A stretch of 64,000 nucleotides of DNA from the human T2T-CHM13v2.0 reference genome, Homo sapiens, in the NCBI RefSeq assembly GCF_009914755.1, contig NC_060936.1, one strand, 5' to 3'. Shown one piece after another: positions 55,434 to 64,000 of the stretch. Each line of letters opens with the position of its first letter. The first letter of the stretch is position 1. The notes below the pieces were generated by a model. It saw only the letters and a list, made by a program, of their open reading frames with translations, was not told where the DNA came from and searched no databases. The translations under genes and the position numbers were made by a program.

Positions 55434-55553
55434 GAAGTGCTGGCCTATTCCAACAGCTCAGCTCGAGGCCGTGCATTTCTAGAACACCTGACTGACCTGT
55501 CCATCCGCGGCACCCTCTTTGTGCCACAGAACAGTGGGCTGGGGGAGAATGAG
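55434..55553 (+). CDS. STAB2: STAB2 exon w30 (120 nt, 0-0): EVLAYSN...TLFVPQN...ENE, last FAS1
   Basis: ccccag|GAAGTG ... AATGAG|gtgagt. Confidence 0.95.
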
Positions 55554-55591
55554 GTGAGTTGAGTCCCTGGTGCCTTTGCTTTAGACTAGCA

Positions 55592-56012
55592 TGTTATCTA
55601 TCACCACAACAATGCTGTGTCACAAATTACCTGAAAACTCAGTGGCTACACATTTATTTAGCTCACAGATCATCTGCAGATCAGTTGGCCACTCCCTTGG
55701 TCTTGGCACACTCGGGTCTGAGACCAGCTGTCAGCTGCTCTAGCTGGGCCATCAATGGCTCTGCTCCAGGGAACTCTCATCGTCCAACAGGCTAGCCCAG
55801 GCGAGTTCTCAGGGCAATGGCAGGGAGTGAGAGAGGCGAGAGTAGGCCCTGTCCCAACAGTGCTTTCTCAAGCCTCTGTTTGGTCACATTTGCTAATGTG
55901 CCCCTGGCCTGATAGGTCACATGACTGAGCCCAAAGTCAGCGTGGGGGGCAAAGGGCCAGGGGTGCAGGGAGTGGGGAAGAACCAGGGCCACTGATGCAA
56001 TCTGTGTTCCAC
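55592..56012 (-). mobile_element. MLT1H/G-like LTR
   Basis: tgttatctat...tgctgtgtcacaaattacc..aaactcagtggct...gtcacatgactgagcccaaagtca. Confidence 0.5.
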
Positions 56013-56396
56013 ACCAACCTTCTTCATATCACGGCACACAGAGGATTGGCGGTATTTATTCAATTCACGCACAGGTGGCTGACCTGAGGCTCCGACAGCC
56101 CCACCAGCCACCTGAGGGCTGAGGAAAGCAATACCTCTGCCTACCTCAAGACACCGCTGGAAAGCTCTGCTCTAGACAATACAAATGACATTCAATCCCC
56201 CATCCTAGCTATAGGTGGCCTCTGGCAGAGCCCAGACAACCAGAAGCCTAAGAAAACCTTGACATTTCCTGATCTCCACATGGAGGCAGGAAAGCCTAGG
56301 CCATGAGAAGCAATTTTCTTCGTCATCCCCATCATTAAAAATACAAAATATTGCTTGGCCTTTGAAGAGCATTCTGTGTTTCTCCTTTTTTCTCAG

Positions 56397-56537
56397 ACCT
56401 TGTCTGGGCGGGACATCGAGCACCACCTCGCCAATGTCAGCATGTTTTTCTACAATGACCTTGTCAATGGCACCACCCTGCAAACGAGGGTGGGAAGCAA
56501 GCTGCTCATCACTGCCAGCCAGGACCCACTCCAACCG
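56397..56537 (+). CDS. STAB2: STAB2 exon w31 (141 nt, 0-0): [10 protein letters not shown]...QDPLQP
   Basis: tctcag|ACCTTG ... CAACCG|gtacaa (weak donor). Confidence 0.93.
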
Positions 56538-57000
56538 GTACAAAGTCTTCTGGGCTTCTTGGGGGAACGGGAGATAATGCATGCAAAGTTCCTGGCATAC
56601 AGTAGGTGCTTAATAGATGGCAACTATTATGCAAACATAAACTCTAAACCTGCAGATAGGGGACGGTGTTAACTGCCCACTACAGCATACCACACTGACA
56701 ATTGGGCAGCCCCTACCCCTTGGGAAATAGGGCAGCCTCAGAAGCTGGTTATGGGGAAGGATAATGAACCCATTTTAAAGCTGATTCTCCGCCTTCATTT
56801 TGGTCAGCTTGTCAGACTATTCCAGGCATTAACATGAGCTCCAAAGTCAAATGACCCCAGTATGAATCCCAGTTCTGCCACTTGCTAACTGTAAGGACTT
56901 AAACAAGTTATCCAGCTTCCCTGTGTCTCAATTTCCCCATCTGAAAAATCAGGATGATGGTGATGGTGGTGATGATGATACAGGTCATTATTTTCATGAT

Positions 57001-57867
<867 letters not shown>

Positions 57868-58567
57868 GTGTGGATGATGGTGATGATACTGATGGAGATG
57901 ACCGTGGGGGTAGCGGTGGAGGTGGTGATAACCATGATGTCGGATTCAGGTTCTGAGACATGCAGAGAGTAGTGCCTGACAGGTAGCAAGTGCTTAATAA
58001 ATATTGGTTTTAAATATTTATCTCATTAAATGATTTCTATTTAAGAGCAGTTTAGACTAGTGTCTCTCAAAATTTAATGTGCATTTGAATCTGCTGGAGA
58101 TTTGTTAAAATGAAGACGTGATTCAGCAGGGGAGAAGGCACAGGGCCTCAGCTTCTGCCCACACAAGCCAGGAAATCACACTGGGACATCACTTAAAATA
58201 CAGCTTTTCTAACAGTGTGGTGCGATGTTCAGTGCATGGACGCAGCGTCCACAGGCATGGGGTTTGCTACTTACTCCCTGGGTGATCTGGGTCAGGCCAC
58301 TTTCCTTCTGATCACTCATCTGTCAGACAAGTGGGTTGGACAAATGACCCATAAGGTTCTCTGCAGCCCTCAGATCAGCTTGTTGGCACAGGACAATTAA
58401 TGTGTTCTGGGCTGTCCAGAGGGTGAGGAGAAGTCCTGGGCTGCCTATCAGTGGAGACAAACCTGAAACATGGGCTCAGGGGCCTTGGGAAAATTGAACA
58501 ACTTCCCTCCATGGAGGGCTGCCCACTCGGAGAGTAAAAGCCATCAACCCTCTTCTCATTTCCCTAG

Positions 58568-58678
58568 ACGGAGACCAGGTTTGTTGATGGAAGAGCCATT
58601 CTGCAGTGGGACATCTTTGCCTCCAATGGGATCATTCATGTCATTTCCAGGCCTTTAAAAGCACCCCCTGCCCCCGTG
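58568..58678 (+). CDS. STAB2: STAB2 exon w32 (111 nt, 0-0): TETRFVDG...[11 protein letters not shown]...PAPV
   Basis: ccctag|ACGGAG ... CCCGTG|gtgagt; FAS1 H2 motif. Confidence 0.95.
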
Positions 58679-59543
58679 GTGAGTATCTAGGGTCCCTGAT
58701 AACGGGCCAGGAGGAGCCCCGGTGCCCACTCACCAACAGGCAAACCATTACCAGAAGCCCTGTCCTCCTCCCTCTTCCTCCAGAGACTGGAGGAGCCTCC
58801 AGCCTCCAACCTCCAAGGTAGCTGGCTTCAGGACCGCCCAACCCTGCTTCCTGCCATCCCCACTCCCAAGCATTAGCAACACAGCACCAGTCACCATTAA
58901 TATCTGTTGAATGAAAGGGGGAGGATGGGCCACCAAAGGAAGCGCTGGAAGGGGAGTGAGAAATCCTAAGCTATGGTTTGGCCCCTCCACTTCGTAGCAT
59001 CTCTGAGTCCCAATTTTCTCATCTGCAAAATAGGGCTCATAATGCCTCCCTCCTGGGTTTTGGGAAGGATTGTAAGTTAGAAATGGAAAACACTTAGAAC
59101 AGCCCCTGACACACAGTACATGCTATATAAAAGTTGGTGATGGTGGTTGTTAGTATTCTTTTTTGCAAAAGCATGAGGGGAGAGGTGAGCTGCTGGAGAG
59201 TTCCATAGCATAGTGGTTAAGCACAGAAGCTCCAAAGCCAGACTGGGTTCAAAGCCCACTTCCACCACTGACTGGCTGTGTGATATCGGGCAAGTGCTTC
59301 ACCTCTCTGTGCCCCAGTTCTCCCACAATAATAACTCTCCCTATCTCTTTGGGTTATTATCACACTTCAATGGGTTATTTCACAGAAGGGTATTAGACCC
59401 TGGCAGTAATAAGGGCCAGATACATGTTAACATGTCAGTATTTTTATCCCCACTGGCTCCAGAATGCCTCGGGCCACCAAGGGTTCCCCTTTTGGGGAGT
59501 CAGAAGTTTTAAGAATGGGCCCCTTTCCTTTCTTTGTGTTCAG

Positions 59544-59672
59544 ACCTTGACCCACACTGGCTTGGGAGCAGGGATCTTCTTTGCCATCATCCTGGTGACT
59601 GGGGCTGTTGCCTTGGCTGCTTACTCCTACTTTCGGATAAACCGGAGAACAATCGGCTTCCAGCATTTTGAG
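59544..59672 (+). CDS. STAB2: STAB2 exon w33 (129 nt, 0-0): TM helix [21 protein letters not shown] plus YSYF and FQHF motifs
   Basis: gttcag|ACCTTG ... TTTGAG|gtaaga; hydrophobic stretch followed by RINRR. Confidence 0.96.
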
Positions 59673-60761
59673 GTAAGAGAGAAAAATGGGAACATGATGA
59701 TGGGGTCCTCTCCAAAAACCCAGTCCCTGGACCTGGGCTGCTTCAGTCGGTGGCTGCGCCAGAGTCCTCACCCAGAAGCAGTGTGTCACACAGTAGCAGG
59801 GGCGGCCACCCACCCCACGCTTACTGCTGCTTGGATGGGGTCCCTGCTCTTAAGAGGAACAGCAGTGGTGGTTCCAAGCCCCTCCTTCTGGCTGAGACAG
59901 GGCTTGGCAAGGAGAGAACCCACCCTGAGCCTCTGTGCCAGGGGTTTGGCCTGGAGGCACATTCACTAGGACCTAGGAGTCTTGTTTACCTTGGAGGATT
60001 CACTGCACAAGTACACCCCATGACCTAGCTTGGGCTTCAAGACTGGCTCTGAGAACCGGGGGACAGGGCTAGGGACCCTACACAGCCAGAGGCTTTATGC
60101 TGCAGCCAGTGACACTCATTTCTATTTGAACAGTTGAGTCCACATCCCAATCAGCAGCCAGCTCTTGACTGGCTGTGTAAGAATATGGCCGGGGCAGCAG
60201 CACAGCAGTTGAGCATCTTTCCTTATGGACTTTGTCCTCCTCTCTGGCCCACCCTCTCCTCAAAACACTCCTGGTAAAGGCTGTGGTGCAGAGCCCCCAA
60301 GCAGCAGTTTGCTGCCTTCTGGCAGACAGCTTGTATATTTATAAGCTCCAGGGAAAATCTCAAAATCCCCATTTTTAGCAAAAGTGTATACGCTGTATGA
60401 CTGCATTTATATTAAGTTAAAGGATAGGCAACACCACTTCAGGGTGATGGGAGTCAGAACAGCAGTTACCCTGGGTGGCAGGCACCAGCAGGCTAAGAGC
60501 ATGTGAACACATCCTGGGGTATGGAAATGCCCTATGTGCCGATTTGGTGGTGATCACAAATGGGCAGACATCGGTAAGATGTCACTGAGCTGAATCTAAA
60601 GGTTGGTAAATTTTATTATATGTGAATCATCTCTCAACAAAGTACTGTTAAAAAAGGAAAAGCTCCCAGAGGCAAAGGGTGGCTTGCTTTACCTGCCAAC
60701 TTGGCTGAGACGCTCCTGCTTTGGGGATGCTCCTGGCTTTCATGCTTGTCTTTCCAAACAG

Positions 60762-60878
60762 TCGGAAGAGGACATTAATGTTGCAGCTCTTGGCAAGCAG
60801 CAGCCTGAGAATATCTCGAACCCCTTGTATGAGAGCACAACCTCAGCTCCCCCAGAACCTTCCTACGACCCCTTCACG
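60762..60878 (+). CDS. STAB2: STAB2 exon w34 (117 nt, 0-0): SEEDINV...NPLY...YDPFT, cytoplasmic tail
   Basis: aaacag|TCGGAA ... TTCACG|gtgagt; NPxY and DPF endocytic motifs. Confidence 0.96.
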
Positions 60879-61260
60879 GTGAGTTTGCATTCTTATCTAG
60901 GAATAGGTTCCCTTGGGGTACAGGGGAATGATGTCTTTTAGGAAATTTCAGTGGAGATCTTTGTACCAAAGAAGGTTCATTTCTAGAATGTATGTCAGGT
61001 AACAAGCCTAAAAGCCAGTTTTGCAAGCTGACTGAAGCCAGTGTGGTTGCTCAGAGTTCCTGGGTTCTCTTGGGTAGACAGCAGAATCCTTGAACAAACA
61101 GAGACAGGGGAGAACAAGAGGTTGTTATCCAAGCCCAATCTCATGACCAGGTGAGATGCCACAGTGAAAAAAAGTCTTGGGCTGAATTCTGCTGCAATCA
61201 TTTATGAGGTAGCAGGTGCAAAACAAGATGGAAAAAGGATTTTTCCTTTAGATGTCCTTT

Positions 61261-61521
61261 TTTTTTTTCTTTGAGATGGAGTCTCACTCTGTCACCCAGG
61301 CTGGAGTGCAGTGGCACGATCTCGGCTCATTGCAACCTCTGCCTCCCGAGTAGCTGGGATTACAGGCGCATACCACCATGCCCAGCTAACTTTGTATTGT
61401 TAATACAGACAGGGTTTCTCCATGTTGGTCAGGCTGGTCTCGAACTCCCAACCTCAGGTGATACGCCCACCTCGGCCTCCCAAAGTGCTGGGATTACAGG
61501 CGTGAGCCACTGCACCTGGCC
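61261..61521 (-). mobile_element. Alu (AluS-like) with internal deletion, TSD ttagatgtccttt
   Basis: TSD 61248-61260 and 61522-61534. Confidence 0.94.
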
Positions 61522-62084
61522 TTAGATGTCCTTTAAACTTACTTACACTGACATTGTTGTCCAAGATTTTACTGCTTGTTGTCAGAGCTGCTGCTTTCTT
61601 GCTTTTGGAGCTACTTTTCTTTGATGAGGCCTTATAGTATATATGGGTGGGTGTTCTGCTCTGGTCTTTCAGAAGGGGACCATTTATCTCTAGAGTCAGT
61701 GATGCTTTAGCTTAGCTGGGGCCTCCACTGACATCAATCCAGGGGGACCCCTTGGCAGGGTACCCCATACATAACACATGTGGAAGTACATCCTGCCTGT
61801 AGTTTAATACCAGTTCTCGACTGAAAAAAATACATAGGAATAGAACTTAATTTTTCTTTTTATAAAAGGAGAGAAATGTTTTCTTCCACCATGTTGAAGT
61901 TTGTATAGTGTAACAGATATTATTTTTCCAAAGTAAACCAAGGTAAATATCTTGTGGTTCTTCATGCCTGTGGTAACAGATTTAATATAAATGCAATAGA
62001 CTGAAAAATAACCAGATTGCAAATCATATTTTTTTAATCAAACCCATGTAAAGGCTTCTGGTTCACATTTCAAGGGTAAGTTCG

Positions 62085-62385
62085 GGCCGGGTGCAGTGGC
62101 TCATGCGTGTAATCCCAGCACTTTCGGAGGCCAAGGCAGGTGGATCACCTGAGGTCAAGAGTTCAAGACCAGCCTGGCCAACATGGTGAAATCCCATGTC
62201 TACTAAAAATACAGAAATTAGGCAGGAGCGGTGGTGCCTGCCTGTAATCCCAGCTACACGGGAGGCTGAGGCAACAGAATCGCTTGAACTGGGAGGCGGA
62301 GGTTGCAGTGAGCAGAGATTGCACCACTGCACTCCAGCTTGGGCAGCAGAGCAAGACTCTGTCTCAAAAAAAAAAAAAAAAAAAA
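62085..62385 (+). mobile_element. Alu (AluS-like)
   Basis: Dimer plus poly(A); ggtaagttc on both sides. Confidence 0.94.
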
Positions 62386-62850
62386 GGGAGGTGGTAAGTT
62401 CAGCTAAATTACATTTGTTAACTAAGTACTGTTATGCTGAAATCACCTTCATTTAAAAAGCAGAAACAAATGCATACATCCTCTCCAATGCACCCCATGC
62501 CTTCCCTGTTGTCTGTCCCCTTCTGAGGGCTCTATCAGCACCATGCATGAAAGATTTACCTGAGGCAGGTGAGAAAGTAGCCTAAATGCAGGATTCAGCT
62601 AAACCTACTATTCAGACTACATGGCAAAAACATTCCAGAATCCTAAGCATAAGGTACCAGCTTACAAAGTGACGTGCTACATTCTCACGCCTTTGACACT
62701 ATTTTTAGTGACTCCAGACACATTTACCACCACTAGTTTTACCCATGAAAAGCCATTTCTAGCATCTATTATGCTAATTGACAAAGCCTGGGTGCCAGTC
62801 AGAGCTAAAGTCAGCAGAAGGCTTGGCATGGCCACCTCTAGAGTGTGGCC

Positions 62851-63133
62851 TTTTTTAGGCAGGGTCCTGGTGTGTCACGCAGGCTGGAGTGCAGCGGCAC
62901 CATCAGGGCTCACTGCAAGCCTCAGGTGATCCTCCCACCTCAGCCTCCCGAGTAGCTGGGCCTACAGGCATGTGCCACCTAATTTTTGTATTTTTTGTAG
63001 AGATAAGGTTTCACCGTGTTGCTCAGGCTGATCTCGAACTCCGGCTGATCTCGAACTCCTGAGCTCAAGTGATCCGCCTGCCTCAGCCTCCCGAAGTGCT
63101 GGGATTACAGGCGCAAGCCACCATGCCCGGCTG
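62851..63133 (-). mobile_element. Alu with internal 17-bp tandem duplication
   Basis: ggctgatctcgaactcc x2 at 63026-63059. Confidence 0.9.
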
Positions 63134-63576
63134 AGCGGGGTTTCTATTACACTCTCTCAGGCACTCAAGAGCCACCACTAGTTCAAGATGAATTTTCAAA
63201 CCGAAAGGAGTTTTTATAATATTATTAGACACCTTTTGTGAGGTGCTTATACCTTGCTAAATGTAGGCTCTAATTTAATCCTCCTACCTCCCTGTGAGGT
63301 ATATTATGACCCTTTGTAGATGAAGAAACTGCAGCCGAGTTGGGATGATTTGTCTTGGGCCACCCAGCTTCAAGCAGGAGAGACTAAAACAGGTGGCCCT
63401 ACCCCCAGCCCATCCTGCCTCCCAACACAAGGCAGCAGCACAAACAAACACGCCCAGCACATACGTGTTCACAGTGCTCAGGGAGAGTCATGCCTCAGAC
63501 CAGTGGCCACCAGAAAGATTCAACTAGGACTCAACACACAGAATGCCCTGCCCCCTTACAACCCTCTCTTTTCCAG

Positions 63577-63627
63577 GACTCTGAAGAACGGCAGCTTGAG
63601 GGCAATGACCCCTTGAGGACACTGTGA
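63577..63627 (+). CDS. STAB2: STAB2 terminal exon w35, coding part: DSEERQLEGNDPLRTL*
   Basis: ttccag|GACTCT ... CTG TGA (stop 63625-63627). Confidence 0.96.
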   Translation, partial: DSEERQLEGNDPLRTL

Positions 63628-63904
63628 GGGCCTGGACGGGAGATGCCAGCCATCACTCACTGCCACCTGGGCCATCAACTGTGAATTCTCAGCACCAGTT
63701 GCCTTTTAGGAACGTAAAGTCCTTTAAGCACTCAGAAGCCATACCTCATCTCTCTGGCTGATCTGGGGGTTGTTTCTGTGGGTGAGAGATGTGTTGCTGT
63801 GCCCACCCAGTACAGCTTCCTCCTCTGACCCTTTGGCTCTTCTTCCTTTGTACTCTTCAGCTGGCACCTGCTCCATTCTGCCCTACATGATGGGTAACTG
63901 TGAT

Positions 63905-64000
63905 CTTTCTTCCCTGTTAGATTGTAAGCCTCCGTCTTTGTATCCCAGCCCCTAGCCCAGTGCCTGACACAGGAACTGTGCACAATAAAGGTTTATGGAA
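63905..64000 (+). mobile_element. L2 LINE 3'-end remnant in the 3'UTR
   Basis: ttagattgtaagc...tgtatcccagcccctagcccagtgcctgacacag...caataaa resembles the L2 3' terminus. Confidence 0.65.
63984..63989 (+). terminator. Polyadenylation signal AATAAA
   Basis: Only canonical AATAAA seen in the 3'UTR. Confidence 0.85.

Larger units (their letters stand above)
63628..64000 (+). other. STAB2: STAB2 3'UTR (cleavage site probably just beyond the window end)
   Basis: Follows the stop codon; AATAAA lies 11 nt from the window end. Confidence 0.85.

Noticed and set aside
59424-59969. 181-aa ORF with a TM segment as a separate gene
   Set aside because: It is exon w33 with open intronic flanks.

Overview
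Mammalian (human-like) genomic DNA holding the 3' half of the stabilin-2/HARE gene (STAB2) on the + strand. I spliced 35 coding exons by hand (w1-w35, 462-63627). They total 3942 nt (1313 aa plus stop) and stay in frame at every junction. From recall, this corresponds to residues ~1239-2551 and exons ~35-69 of the human gene. The encoded protein runs: end of a FAS1 domain, laminin-EGF/EGF cluster, two FAS1 domains, a second EGF cluster, a Link (hyaluronan-binding) module, a FAS1 domain, a TM helix and a cytoplasmic tail with endocytic motifs. A short 3'UTR follows, with AATAAA at 63984. The introns are rich in Alu, L1, L2, MIR, MaLR/ERV LTR and hAT fragments. I see no independent new gene system, and the long six-frame ORFs are exon overlaps or repeat artefacts. 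The most interesting signals are: (1) the Link exons are inserted inside a split EGF domain that re-forms exactly if they are skipped; (2) an L1 insertion appears to have duplicated a splice donor; (3) a ~940 bp 20-mer VNTR with higher-order structure, apparently seeded in an old LTR; (4) an antisense U13 snoRNA retrocopy nested in an MLT1A LTR; (5) a GC-AG intron; (6) an L2-derived poly(A) signal; (7) a cluster of six UGCAUG motifs. Repeat subfamily names and residue numbers come from memory, not from a search.
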